Shown piece by piece: positions 8,596 through 18,654 of a stretch of 64,000 bases of DNA. This DNA is from Nitrososphaerota archaeon (lineage in GTDB: Archaea; Thermoproteota; Nitrososphaeria_A; Caldarchaeales; Caldarchaeaceae). A model generated the notes under the pieces. It was not told the DNA's origin. It saw only the letters and a program-made list of their open reading frames with translations, and ran no database searches. The translations under genes were made by a program, and so were the position numbers. Within the stretch, counting starts at the first letter, position 1; each line of letters starts with the position of its first letter. Where the stretch lies: positions 672,001-736,000 of the forward strand of contig JBEPYN010000001.1 of the NCBI GenBank assembly GCA_041641305.1, read 5' to 3'.

Positions 8596-11500
8596 CTACT
8601 CAGCTGCGAAGGCTTCGAGCCTCGTCTGGACAGCTTTCTCCACGGGCTTCTTCGTGGGTGTGAAGAGGTCGACGACGTTCTCCACCGCCGAGAGCGTTCT
8701 TTCGATGAGGTATGTGTTTCTGATGTTTTTCTCCGCCATCTGCTTCGCGAGTTCGATGTATTTCTCGACGTTTCCGCGGAAAACAGTCAGCGACAAATCG
8801 GTTTGACAGCTTGGACACTTCCCCGTCAAAGGCAGCCGCCGGAATTTTTTGTTACATTTCTTGCAGCGGAAACTCTGAACCATGAAGGCTTTCACGTTTC
8901 CCAGGATGTCGGGGAGAATGTGTGAGGATACTATGCTGTCGACGAGGCCCGCGTCACGCACACCGTCGAGGCTATCCATCAAGGCAAGCTGCCCCGCAAT
9001 CTTCTCAAACATGGATTCGAGTGATTTGTATGCTGAGACGATGTCGGGAACGGTTAACATGGTCTGTGGATGGGTGTACATGGTCCCTGTTCCTCCATAG
9101 CCTGCGGCGAGGTCGTCCCCCAGGATACGAACAAGCGGCCTGTATTCGCTTCCCTTGGCTCTGCGTAGAGACAGCTGATAAAACTCGACGGGGATGCTGC
9201 TCCACACGTCGACGTTGTGCGCCTGCTCGTCAACATCCTCTGGATACACTATCCGTGTCACGAGAAGAGGTGTATCCATTTTTCCTCCTATGCGGTCAGG
9301 TATGTAGAAGCGTGAAAAGTTCATCAAAACATCTGCGAGCAGCATTATGCTGTCCTCGTCTCCGTCGCAGTCGCGGCGTTTGGCTGCGTGGAAAACCGGG
9401 TGAGCGAAGTTGAGGTCCGCGTCCAGCATCCCTATCACACGTGCTACGACTCCTACGTATGTGTGTGGCGAAAGGCCTACAACAAGTTGTCCTATGAGGT
9501 CTCCGACGTCCCGTAGGTTGTAGAGTTTTTCGAGGCCTGCGTGTTTGAGGAGGTCGTCGATGTAGCGTGAAACTTTGACAAGATGCTCGGCAGCTTTTCT
9601 GCTGAGGATGATGTCTTGAGGCTTCAGCTCGAGGACCTGTTCATCGGATGCGAGCGGGTTTCCAAACACGTCATGGAGATAGCCGAGGCTGCGCAGCCTC
9701 TCTACAGAGACACCTATCTGGCGAGGCGTGAAATGGGTCAGCGGCGCGTTGGTCGCGTCAAACCTTACGGTGCCATCCTTGTACACGTAGAGACCGTACC
9801 GCGCCCGCAGCAAACCCTTCAAGAAGCTTTCAGGAGCCTTCACACGGCTCGTCAACCCCTTCACACCGCTCAGCCGAGGAGGCGCAGACTCGCCGATTAT
9901 CTGCAGAGCCGAGGAAAGCTCAGCCCGAAGATCCACCTGCTGCTTAGCCGAGAAAACGACTTCTCCCCCGCATTTGTCGCAGCTGTCCACCAGCTCGGTG
10001 AACTGTTTTCTACATGTTCTGCATACGCCGTAGAGGGTGGTGTATGAGCCGCATTCGCCGCATGTTTCTCTCCAGCCTATTTTGCCGCAGTTTATGCAGA
10101 TGCGTGTGACGAGCTCGACCGTGACGATGCTGGTTTTGGCGGAAACTATGTCTCGTGTGGCTCCGCCCGCGAGACCGATTGGGAAGAGGAAGTGGACGGC
10201 GGGGCTTGTTTTACGTGGCCCTGCTTTCTCAGGCCTCCCCATCCTCGCAGTCAGGCTCGACCCCCGTTTATCACGCACCTCCACACCCGATATTCTGCGG
10301 ATAAACATCAGCGGGTCCTCGTCAGCTGAGGGCTCAAACTCTTCATCGGGCCTTAGCAGCGTGGTCAGGACAAGGTGGTCGTCCTCGGAGATGATGATTT
10401 TTCCATCGATTATCCGGTGCTCTAGGAGGATGGCTTCGAGTATCTGTTTTATTTCTGGGCTGAGGCTGTAGATGTGGTGTTGGTTGCCTGTTTTTAGCCA
10501 TGTTCTCAGCTGGTTGATTTGCTGTGTTGTGATGTTTGTCCAGAAGTGTAGGTGGCTTGGGTGTAGTGGGACGCCTGTGTTGACGCTTAATGCGAGCGCT
10601 TCATTGGCTGTTGGCTTGGCAGTGAAGGGGTTTCCGGCAAAAAGTTTGAGACGCTTCAGCGGTATGCCTGTTTTCTCAGCGACCTTCTCCAACCCATGCG
10701 AAGCAACCATGTTGAGATAATCTTTCTGCCACCATTCTTCACAGTAGCCCGCGGGCCTCAGCTCAACGTTGTTCTCTACACAGTCGCCCACCGAGACAAG
10801 GATGTCGCCGAGGAAAAGCACCCTATCAATCGAGTCGGCTACTTTTCTGTAGGTTTCCTCGGATGTTAGCTTGACCACGTCTCCGCCACGTGTCCTGACG
10901 ACGGGGGGCTCGATGACGTCGACTGGTGTGACTATTCCCCCTTTTCCGGGAAAGTCAGTCTTGAGCTGGGTGCCTGTCACGATGTATCCTTTTAGGACCC
11001 GCATCGTCAGCGGATGTATGCCGTATGCGGCCATTCCTGTGGCGAAGGCGCGGCCATACCTTATCCTGAAGCCCCCGAACCTGTCAGCCAAGGAAAGAAC
11101 AGGTCTCCCACCTATTACTTCGAGGGAGCCCTCCTCACCGTTTTCCTCTTTCTTGACAGATGCTTTGGCCAGCTCCTCTATCCAGTCCCATCCCGACATC
11201 TTCATCGAGCGGACTGTGTTCAAAACCTTCTTGGCTCGGCCGACTATGCCGTCGTTTACAACTCTGAGAGCGCCGCCGCGTAGATAATTTGTCTCGATGC
11301 GTTCAAGGTCGCGGAAAGAGGGGACAGGTATCTCATCCGTTGCTACGCCGCTTATCTCGACAGGTGTCATCCGGTAAGCGTAGGCAATCAGCTTATCGGG
11401 CACGCTGTACTGGAACCTGCCAACATGTCTTATGTAGGTGCGGAGCTCTTCCACAAATCGTTTAACCTCTTCCTCACGGGCCTTGAACCTGTCAAGCCCC

Positions 11501-11994
11501 AGCAGCCTACGCACATAGTCGGCGAGCACGACGACGCTGGCGAGCTCTGTGCCGCCCGCTGCTCTAATCGGGCCAGCGAAATAGACTGCGAGATAACGTG
11601 TTCCGTCGTCGTTTTCCTTTATGCGTACGTGTGAAATTCCCTCGGAGGGGGCTGCGGTGATGCATGGAGGAGTTAGGACCGCGAGGGCTGTGCAGACGGC
11701 TTGGTGGATGACTTTTTCCTCCGACTCTGCTCCGAGGCTTGAGTACACGATTTCTTCGCAGAGTTTAAACGCTAGCTCTATTCCCGAGAGCTTCTCCCTA
11801 AGCCGTCTAATTTTCTCAGCCACACCACTTGGCCCCACCAAGAGCTCAACACGTTCCTCCATCCTGTCCGCGAAAACCGTCTCAACAAAAGGCAGAGGAG
11901 CGTGCGTCTTCTCCCTGTAAGCCGAGGCAACCCCGTAAACACGCTCAACCTCTCTCAGAATAGCGCTCCTATACTCCTCTAAACCCGGGTCCAA
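8596..11994 (-). CDS. polC: DNA polymerase D large subunit DP2
   Basis: YFAGPIRAAGGT, FRIRYGR, ARMGRPEKA, KDGTVRFD, HAAKRRDCDGDED, GGKMDTP and C-terminal Zn finger FRCKKC..CPSC. No intein. Confidence 0.97.
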   Translation of the reverse strand: MDPGLEEYRSAILREVERVYGVASAYREKTHAPLPFVETVFADRMEERVELLVGPSGVAEKIRRLREKLSGIELAFKLCEEIVYSSLGAESEEKVIHQAVCTALAVLTPPCITAAPSEGISHVRIKENDDGTRYLAVYFAGPIRAAGGTELASVVVLADYVRRLLGLDRFKAREEEVKRFVEELRTYIRHVGRFQYSVPDKLIAYAYRMTPVEISGVATDEIPVPSFRDLERIETNYLRGGALRVVNDGIVGRAKKVLNTVRSMKMSGWDWIEELAKASVKKEENGEEGSLEVIGGRPVLSLADRFGGFRIRYGRAFATGMAAYGIHPLTMRVLKGYIVTGTQLKTDFPGKGGIVTPVDVIEPPVVRTRGGDVVKLTSEETYRKVADSIDRVLFLGDILVSVGDCVENNVELRPAGYCEEWWQKDYLNMVASHGLEKVAEKTGIPLKRLKLFAGNPFTAKPTANEALALSVNTGVPLHPSHLHFWTNITTQQINQLRTWLKTGNQHHIYSLSPEIKQILEAILLEHRIIDGKIIISEDDHLVLTTLLRPDEEFEPSADEDPLMFIRRISGVEVRDKRGSSLTARMGRPEKAGPRKTSPAVHFLFPIGLAGGATRDIVSAKTSIVTVELVTRICINCGKIGWRETCGECGSYTTLYGVCRTCRKQFTELVDSCDKCGGEVVFSAKQQVDLRAELSSALQIIGESAPPRLSGVKGLTSRVKAPESFLKGLLRARYGLYVYKDGTVRFDATNAPLTHFTPRQIGVSVERLRSLGYLHDVFGNPLASDEQVLELKPQDIILSRKAAEHLVKVSRYIDDLLKHAGLEKLYNLRDVGDLIGQLVVGLSPHTYVGVVARVIGMLDADLNFAHPVFHAAKRRDCDGDEDSIMLLADVLMNFSRFYIPDRIGGKMDTPLLVTRIVYPEDVDEQAHNVDVWSSIPVEFYQLSLRRAKGSEYRPLVRILGDDLAAGYGGTGTMYTHPQTMLTVPDIVSAYKSLESMFEKIAGQLALMDSLDGVRDAGLVDSIVSSHILPDILGNVKAFMVQSFRCKKCNKKFRRLPLTGKCPSCQTDLSLTVFRGNVEKYIELAKQMAEKNIRNTYLIERTLSAVENVVDLFTPTKKPVEKAVQTRLEAFAAE

Positions 11995-12033
11995 CCCTGT
12001 GGAGGCTTATGGCCTACGCGGCTTAAAAAGAGT

Positions 12034-12816
12034 TTAGATATCGGCCAAAGTTTTACCAACGCTCGGCTGCGTCTGGAGAGACCTGAGGTATTCGTCGAAG
12101 GGCTGCCGTATCACGATGCCTTTCTCAGGCTCTATGGTGAATACATACATGGTGGAGTCCATGCTGCTCCACCTCATTTTCCTCACGTAGATTGTGCGGA
12201 CGAGGCTGCCGCCAATCTGCTTCACGCCGAGCACTATGACCCCCGATGCGAGAAACTCCTCCAGCATGAACCTGCTCATTTTCTTGGAGCCCGTGGGTAT
12301 GTCTGTCGTCATCAGAGTTGTGACGCCGAACCTCTCCTCAATCATGGTGATGATTTCGCGTAGGTATTCTCGGACGTAGAACTCGTCCTTGGCTCCCTGA
12401 GCGAGGGCTGAGACGGGGTCGAGAACAAGCCTCGTGAATCTGCGGCCCCTTGTCGCGTTGTAGATGGCGTCGACGAATGCTCTGCTCTCTTTGCCGTATT
12501 TCCGTGCCTCGGCGGCGTAGAGCCTCAGCTCAAGCGGTATGAAGCGCCCAGCCTCCATGAAGGCCCAGAAATTCCAGCCAAGCGACTCCGCTCCACGCAA
12601 AACTCCTTCAACCCTCTCGTCGATGGTGACATAGACGCATGTCTCGTTTTGCGTCAGCCCGTTGAGGAGAAACTGCAGAGAGAGAATGGTTTTCCCTACT
12701 CCCGTTTCACCCGTTACCAGATATGTTCTACCACGTATGAGGCCTCCGCCGAGCATCTTGTCAAGCCGTGGGTTGCCCGTCGAAAGCCTCTCATCAAGCT
12801 CAGCCATGTAAAACAT
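12034..12816 (-). CDS. KaiC/RecA-superfamily ATPase (single domain)
   Basis: STGNPRLDKMLGGG, Walker A GETGVGKT, RLVLDPVS, EEFLASGVI, VRKMR. Confidence 0.88.
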   Translation of the reverse strand: MFYMAELDERLSTGNPRLDKMLGGGLIRGRTYLVTGETGVGKTILSLQFLLNGLTQNETCVYVTIDERVEGVLRGAESLGWNFWAFMEAGRFIPLELRLYAAEARKYGKESRAFVDAIYNATRGRRFTRLVLDPVSALAQGAKDEFYVREYLREIITMIEERFGVTTLMTTDIPTGSKKMSRFMLEEFLASGVIVLGVKQIGGSLVRTIYVRKMRWSSMDSTMYVFTIEPEKGIVIRQPFDEYLRSLQTQPSVGKTLADI

Positions 12817-12864
12817 CCATCAACACCCTCATATATATCTGCAAAGTCGCACACAGGCTTTACA

Positions 12865-13794
12865 TTATTCGAGCACAACCCCTCGCGCCAAAAGCGCGGC
12901 AACAGCCTCTACAGCAGCTATTCCCAGCCCATCTACGCCCAGTTTTTCACGTCCATAGGATGGGTCTACACAGCCTGCCCCAAAGAGTGCCTTGGCCGCT
13001 TGGCGGAATTTTTGGAATGCTTGTCGGTAGGCTTGAGCGTCTGCGAGGACCATGGCTCCGTAGAATCCGAGGTCTGATATTGATGCGACAACGAGGTGTG
13101 TGGCCGTTGTCGAGGATGCTATGCCTCCGTTGCAAGGGCAACTGCAAACCGCTCCATGTGGAACATGCGTCTCGACAGCGTCTCTTATCAATCCCATGCC
13201 AGCCTCGTTGCCGCCATCGCCAAAAGCTATGAAGGTTCTGCCCGAGTTGCTGAGTTTCTCGAAAAACTTGTCAAGAGGCGCCGTGTAGGATGTGATGTTT
13301 TCTCCTACGCTGTTATGATATTGGCCGTGTTTGTTTGCACCGGGCCTCTCCACGGCGACCAATATGTCGGCCCCGGTCTCCTCAACAAGCCGCGTCACAG
13401 CTTCTTCTCCGACGTCATGTGGCACACTTTTTACCATCGACAACCTTGCCCCAGCGGCCCTCAGCCCCGTCTCCGCAACAGTCTCAAATCCCTCATCCAC
13501 GAGAAGCACAGCCTGTCCACCTCTCTCCTCAACCCATCTCCCGAAAATCACCGAAGACAAGAGGCCGTCGGATTCCGGTGCCCCGCCAAACCTGAGAATT
13601 GGAAACCCCGCAGCAACAACGGCAACCCTCGCATCACTCAAAAGCTCAGCAGCCCTTCCACACAGAGGCTCATCCACCAATTTTCTCGCAGCCGCATACA
13701 GGCTCTTCACCACCCCTCTTCCAACATAGTCAACCGTCACAACCCTGTCAACAAACTCCGCCGCATCCAACCCATAAATCACACCAACACCCAC
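12865..13794 (-). CDS. D-glutamate cyclase-like (DUF4392) protein
   Basis: GFPI..APESDG, VERPG, FGDGGNEAGMG motifs. Confidence 0.8.
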   Translation of the reverse strand: MGVGVIYGLDAAEFVDRVVTVDYVGRGVVKSLYAAARKLVDEPLCGRAAELLSDARVAVVAAGFPILRFGGAPESDGLLSSVIFGRWVEERGGQAVLLVDEGFETVAETGLRAAGARLSMVKSVPHDVGEEAVTRLVEETGADILVAVERPGANKHGQYHNSVGENITSYTAPLDKFFEKLSNSGRTFIAFGDGGNEAGMGLIRDAVETHVPHGAVCSCPCNGGIASSTTATHLVVASISDLGFYGAMVLADAQAYRQAFQKFRQAAKALFGAGCVDPSYGREKLGVDGLGIAAVEAVAALLARGVVLE

Positions 13795-13803
13795 CCCATA
13801 TGA

Positions 13804-14541
13804 ATGTTCCAGCTATACGCCGGCGTGGACATTCTCGAGGGGAAGGTGGCGCGGCTAATCAGAGGCCGTGTAGAGGATGCCGTGTTTTACCCGGGGTCGC
13901 CTACCGAGTATGTGAGGAGGTGGCTGGATGATGGGGCTGACTGGGTTCACGTGGTTGACCTTGACGCCGCCCTCGAGAGAGGGGACAACACAGCTCTCCT
14001 GCGGCAGGTCGCCGAGGCCGCGTTAGGCCGTGTCCAAGCAGGCGGCGGAGTAAGATCCGTAGCCAAGGCCCTCGACCTCGTCGACGCAGGCGTCTCGAGA
14101 ATCGTCATATCAAGCCTCTACTTCAGCAGGCGCGAAGATGCTTTGATGCTTCTCGGAAGCCTCGGCGCTGAGAAGCTGTGTGTAGCCCTTGATTTTGACG
14201 AGGTGGGGATGGTTGTTACACGTGGGTGGCGGGAGCGGACGCGGCTGCGTCTCCAAGATGCTGTGGAGCAGGTTTTGTCGGACGGGTTTAGACATGTTTT
14301 GGCCACGGACGTCGCGGCCGATGGAACACTCGCGGGGACAAACCTCACAGTCCTCGCAACAGTCGACGAGGAGCTGAGACATCACATGGTTGTGGGCGGC
14401 GGCGTATCATCGGTCAGAGACCTTCTCCTCCTTAGGGACAGCGGCTTCGCGGGAGCTGTTGTGGGCAAAGCACTTTACGAGAACCGTCTCAGCCTAAGAG
14501 AAGCCGTGGATACTTTAAAGCATCGACAGACTGGTAGGTGA
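13804..14541 (+). CDS. hisA: ProFAR isomerase
   Basis: VDILEGKVARL, HVVDLDAA, QAGGGVRS, TDVAADGTLAG, VVGKALYE. Confidence 0.9.
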   Translation: MFQLYAGVDILEGKVARLIRGRVEDAVFYPGSPTEYVRRWLDDGADWVHVVDLDAALERGDNTALLRQVAEAALGRVQAGGGVRSVAKALDLVDAGVSRIVISSLYFSRREDALMLLGSLGAEKLCVALDFDEVGMVVTRGWRERTRLRLQDAVEQVLSDGFRHVLATDVAADGTLAGTNLTVLATVDEELRHHMVVGGGVSSVRDLLLLRDSGFAGAVVGKALYENRLSLREAVDTLKHRQTGR

Positions 14542-14548
14542 GCTGGAG

Positions 14549-15313
14549 TTGGTGGCTAAGCGGATAATTCCATGCCTCGACGTCGACAACGGCAGAGTGG
14601 TGAAGGGGCGGAGGTTTGTCGACCTCCGCGAAGCCGGCGACCCCGCGAAACTGGCCGCAAGCTATTCCGAGCAAGGAGCTGATGAGCTTGTCTTCCTCGA
14701 CATCTCAGCATCGCGGCAGAACCGCGACATACTTGTCAACGTGGTGCGAAGCGTGGCCGAGGTGATAAACATTCCCTTCACCGTCGGAGGCGGAATAAGA
14801 ACCATATCAGACGCAGACACAGTCCTCCGCAACGGAGCCGACAAAGTCTCCATAAACACCGCAGCCGTCAAAGACAACACCCTCATCAAAAGACTCTCCG
14901 AAACATATGGCGCCCAGTGCGTCGTCGTCGCCATCGACGCAAAAAAGAGCAACATGATGCCGAGCGGGTATGAGGTCTACATCTATGGCGGCACGTCTCC
15001 CACGGGGTTGGATGCTGTCGAATGGGCTAGGAAGGCTTCTGAGCTTGGGGCGGGTGAGATTCTTTTGACGAGCATCGACATGGATGGGACGGAGAACGGC
15101 TACGACATCGAGTTGACGAAGAGGGTTGCCGAGGCGGTTGATGTCCCTGTTATAGCGAGCGGCGGCGCAGGCTCTCCCGCGCATATCTACAGGGTTTTAT
15201 CCGAGGCGGGTGCTGACGCGGCCCTCGCAGCCTCGATTTTCCACTTCGGCGTATACACGGTTGCTGATGTTAAGAGGTTTCTGCGAGAACGTGGTGTTGA
15301 GGTGAGGCTATGA
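14549..15313 (+). CDS. hisF: Imidazole glycerol phosphate synthase cyclase subunit
   Basis: [41 protein letters not shown]-x-DGT. Confidence 0.97.
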   Translation: MVAKRIIPCLDVDNGRVVKGRRFVDLREAGDPAKLAASYSEQGADELVFLDISASRQNRDILVNVVRSVAEVINIPFTVGGGIRTISDADTVLRNGADKVSINTAAVKDNTLIKRLSETYGAQCVVVAIDAKKSNMMPSGYEVYIYGGTSPTGLDAVEWARKASELGAGEILLTSIDMDGTENGYDIELTKRVAEAVDVPVIASGGAGSPAHIYRVLSEAGADAALAASIFHFGVYTVADVKRFLRERGVEVRL

Positions 15314-15630
15314 ACATAGTGGATGTCAGGTTTGACGCAGGAGGGCTTGTGCCTGTTGTTGTGCAGGATGTGGATTCGGGGGAGGTTTTGATGGTGGCTT
15401 ACGCCAACGCCGAGGCCCTGCGCCTAACTTTTGAGACAGGGTTTGCGCATTTCTGGAGCAGAAGCAGGCAGAGGCTGTGGAAAAAGGGGGAGGAGAGCGG
15501 AAACGTCATGCACGTGGTTGAGGTGCGGGTTGACTGCGACGGCGACACACTCCTCTACATCGTCAAGCCAACAGGCCCCGCATGCCACACAGGCAACAAA
15601 ACATGCTTCTACCGAAAACTCAACCCCTAA
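15310..15630 (+). CDS. hisI: Phosphoribosyl-AMP cyclohydrolase
   Basis: [33 protein letters not shown]. Confidence 0.96.
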   Translation: MNIVDVRFDAGGLVPVVVQDVDSGEVLMVAYANAEALRLTFETGFAHFWSRSRQRLWKKGEESGNVMHVVEVRVDCDGDTLLYIVKPTGPACHTGNKTCFYRKLNP

Positions 15631-16222
15631 CAATTTTGACAAAGTTGCGCAGTATCCTCTCACCTGCCGCAGCGCTTTTCTCAGGATGAAACTGTGTCCC
15701 ATAAACTGTTCCCGAGCCGACGACCGCTGGGAAGTCTATGCCATGGCTTGCCTCTGCGAGAACCAGCTGGGGATTGGATGGCTGTGGGTGGTAGCTGTGG
15801 TTGAAATAGACCCACGCGTTGTCAACGTTCTCCAGCAGAGGCGACTCACGCCTCATGTGCAGCATGCTCCAGCCCATGTGCGGCCTTTTAACGCTTGGCG
15901 GAAGCATGACAACCCTCCCCCCGAAGACCCCGAGCCCACGTCCAGGCCCCTCCTCACTCCCCTCAAAAAACAACTGCATGCCTAGACAGATTCCGAGAGT
16001 GGGGACTCCCTCCCTAACCATCTCGACAAGCTCGTTTCGCATGGGCGCAATTTTCTCAGCCGCGGCCGAGAAGCTTCCCACACCGGGCAAAACCATGCAG
16101 TCAACATCTTTTACAGGCTTCTCCGAGACAACCACCTCCAGCCCAAGCCGTTTCAAGGCATGGGAGACACTAAACACGTTGCCCACACCATAGTGGAGAA
16201 CCAGCGCCCTCAACCCCACCAC
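15620..16222 (-). CDS. hisH: Imidazole glycerol phosphate synthase glutaminase subunit
   Basis: [33 protein letters not shown]. Confidence 0.96.
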   Translation of the reverse strand: MVGLRALVLHYGVGNVFSVSHALKRLGLEVVVSEKPVKDVDCMVLPGVGSFSAAAEKIAPMRNELVEMVREGVPTLGICLGMQLFFEGSEEGPGRGLGVFGGRVVMLPPSVKRPHMGWSMLHMRRESPLLENVDNAWVYFNHSYHPQPSNPQLVLAEASHGIDFPAVVGSGTVYGTQFHPEKSAAAGERILRNFVKIVRG

Positions 16223-16452
16223 AGCATATGCAGGAGATAAAAAGTATTATGCGCAGCCTTATCGGTACTTTTTCATGGTTTCGTTCGGAGAGCATCCTTC
16301 TCGGCATCTTGTGCATATCCCGTCCCGGTCTACAGAAGTGTTGGAGAACAATTCTTCTCAGGAAGCCTAAACTTCGAGAGCTATCTGAAGGTTATGGTCT
16401 CTAAGCGGAGCGGCCGTGATTCATGGACACATTATGGATTGTGCCGGAAATG

Positions 16453-16471
16453 AAAATAGAAACTCTATTTT
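16453..16471. terminator. Short inverted repeat immediately downstream of vapC
   Basis: AAAATAGA-AAC-TCTATTTT. Confidence 0.3.
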
Positions 16472-16884
16472 TATCCTATGAAGGTCACGTCTTCCAATCC
16501 TCTAAAGTGTGGGTCTCCCGTAACTATTTTTGGCGCGTTTTCCTTTGCTGTTGCGTATATTATTGAGTCGGCTATTGGCCAGCCTTTGATTCTCTTTTTC
16601 ATCAGGAAGTCTATCTCACCAGCCTTGGTCGCTAGATTAATGTCTAGTGGTAGAACCTCTGTGGTAAGCTCTATGAAGGACGTGACTTGTCGCATCTCCT
16701 GCTCCTTCCTACGTCCGGTTTCTATCTCGCGTAGGAACCACTTAAGCAGCTCGGTTAATACAATTGATGGCGTAATTGCATTTCCACCCTCTATGTATTG
16801 CCTCGTCCTGGCGCCCGCCTCGGAGCCGATGAGATACTCAACCCATGCATATGTATCTATGACATATCTACCTCTACGGGATAT
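16471..16884 (-). CDS. vapC: VapC PIN-domain toxin (probable non-canonical ATA start)
   Basis: Frame is open upstream of the ORF-track Met (16695): ISRRGRYVIDTYAWVEYL...PSIVLTEL...IADSIIYATA...VTGDPHF, containing all the PIN acidic motifs. The frame is closed by TAG at 16896-16894. Confidence 0.85.
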   Translation of the reverse strand: MSRRGRYVIDTYAWVEYLIGSEAGARTRQYIEGGNAITPSIVLTELLKWFLREIETGRRKEQEMRQVTSFIELTTEVLPLDINLATKAGEIDFLMKKRIKGWPIADSIIYATAKENAPKIVTGDPHFRGLEDVTFIG

Positions 16885-17071
16885 GCTCCTCCTCTATCTT
16901 TCTCGTGAAGGGAATGGAGCCTCTGCACGAGCCGAAGAGCGAATCTGGAACGCCAGCCCTCCTCCTCGCAAGCCGCCTGATGACCTCGTCGTAGCTGGAG
17001 ACGCCCATCTCACGCTTCAGCCTGTCAAGAAGTCGCCGAGTGTCATCCCTAACCTGAACCGTAGTAGGCAC
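16874..17071 (-). CDS. vapB: VapB-type antitoxin (RHH-like)
   Basis: MPTTVQVRDDTRRLLDRLKREMGVSSYDEVIRRL; overlaps the vapC start. Confidence 0.8.
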   Translation of the reverse strand: MPTTVQVRDDTRRLLDRLKREMGVSSYDEVIRRLARRRAGVPDSLFGSCRGSIPFTRKIEEEHIP

Positions 17072-17081
17072 ACATTAAGTC

Positions 17082-17102
17082 TATAGCTATAATCCTATAA
17101 AC
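17082..17102 (-). promoter_or_regulatory. vapBC promoter with perfect palindrome (putative autoregulatory operator)
   Basis: TATAGCTATA palindrome at 17082-17091 lies between a TATA-like TTTATAGG (minus strand, 17095-17102) and the vapB start. Confidence 0.45.
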
Positions 17103-17193
17103 ATTTCCGCACTAATGCCTTGTGGCCCTAATTCCCTTAGTTCTATGCCCTCTACCCCTGCTGGTCCTCATGTGTCTTGGGTTTATGCTGCGT

Positions 17194-17490
17194 TCAGGAG
17201 AGGCTGTATGTTAATGCCTTCTGGACCTCCTGTATGCTAATCCATATAGGCTTGCTGGATAGTAGATGCTCGCCGAGTATCGATACCGTCGTCTTCAGCC
17301 ATCCTCCACCATAACTCGTATCCAATGTACTTTATCATTCTTGCAGCGGACCTTCTGGACGGAGGCCCCTGTCATTCCTAGCACTCTTTCTAGGCCTGAT
17401 TACAGGCTCTATATCCATGCACTCCAGACACCTGTATAGCAGGCGATAATCATCTGATGGCTGGGGAGGAGTTGGCTGAGGTTGTGGCAT
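17194..17490 (-). pseudogene. Degraded IS5-family transposase C-terminal remnant
   Basis: Frameshifted fragments IEPVIRPRKSARNDRG / AARMIKYIGYELWWRMAE / TTVSILGEHLLSSKPIWISIQEVQKALTYSL resemble IS5-type DDE C-termini. Contains stops and frameshifts. Confidence 0.6.
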
Positions 17491-17643
17491 ACATTAGCGC
17501 GGACAAAGGGTTCTACCAAACATCAGGATACTTTTCAAATTCGAAGGAAAGGGAAAGGTTGTTAGCCTGCAGCCAACAATCCTTTCTTTTCTAAAAACCT
17601 TCGCGCGCAAACCTAAAAACAGGCGGAGAAGAAGTGGAGACAC

Positions 17644-18654
17644 TTGCCGGTCATAAAGTTCGCTGTCCCGAAAGGTTCTCTCGAAGCGGCTACGCAGGAG
17701 TTTCTCGCCAAGGCCATGCTGAGGCTGCGGGGTGTGGAGCGGACATACAGGCCCGTCGTAGACGACAAGGACATCGAGGTCAAGATACTTAGGCCTCAGG
17801 AGATTCCTGTTTTTGTGGCGGGCGGCGCATATGATATCGGGATAACCGGCGTCGACTGGGTGCGGGAAACGGGTGCGGACGTTCTTCAGCTTCTCGACCT
17901 CGAATACGGCTACGTCAAACTCGTCATCGCGGCTCCGAAAAACTCTCCATACAAAACCCTCGACCAATACATCGAGGAATACGCACGGGCCAAGAAACCG
18001 CTCAAAATATCAACCGAGTACCTCAACACAGCGGCTTCATACATAGCCTCGAAGCCCAGTTACAGGAAACACTATGGAGACCAGCAGCCCATGATCATCA
18101 CGCCGTGGTGGAGAAAGGGTGAGAACAACATGGTGAAGGTTTATCTCAGCTTCGGAGCAACTGAGGCGAAGCCCCCCGAGGAGGCTGACATCATAGTAGA
18201 CGCCTCGGCGACAGGCATAACCCTCGAGCAGAACAACCTCACACCCATAGAGACAATATCCGAGTCAACCGCAACACTCATAGCCAACAAACAATCCTTC
18301 AACGACCCTGTCAAACGCGAGAAAATCCTCGACATCCTCACTCTGTTGAAAGGCGTGGTGGAAAGCGGGAAAAAGCTCCACATCTTCGTCAACGTTCATG
18401 AAGAGAATTTGGAGAAGCTTCTCACATCTCTGCCTGCTTTGAAAAGCCCGACCATCAGCCAGCTCTCCAACAAGGGCTGGTACGCCATCAACACCGTCAT
18501 CCCCAAAAACGAGTTCCTCAAAATCCTGCCAACCCTCCGCAAACTCGCCCAAGGCCTAGTCATCCACGAACCCAACCTCATACTCCCCCTCGAAGAAATC
18601 ATGAACACACAGGGAGCCCAGACAGAAAATGACCAGAACAGGAAAAGCCTTTAG
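17644..18654 (+). CDS. hisG: ATP phosphoribosyltransferase, long form
   Basis: AVPKGSL, LRPQEIP, DIGITGVDW, SFGATEAKP, and C-terminal regulatory LPALKSPTISQL. Confidence 0.95.
   Translation: MPVIKFAVPKGSLEAATQEFLAKAMLRLRGVERTYRPVVDDKDIEVKILRPQEIPVFVAGGAYDIGITGVDWVRETGADVLQLLDLEYGYVKLVIAAPKNSPYKTLDQYIEEYARAKKPLKISTEYLNTAASYIASKPSYRKHYGDQQPMIITPWWRKGENNMVKVYLSFGATEAKPPEEADIIVDASATGITLEQNNLTPIETISESTATLIANKQSFNDPVKREKILDILTLLKGVVESGKKLHIFVNVHEENLEKLLTSLPALKSPTISQLSNKGWYAINTVIPKNEFLKILPTLRKLAQGLVIHEPNLILPLEEIMNTQGAQTENDQNRKSL

Noticed and set aside
8596-11994. Inteins in DP2 (also checked MCM and Rpo1/Rpo2)
   Set aside because: Lengths are normal, motifs are contiguous and no intein termini were seen.
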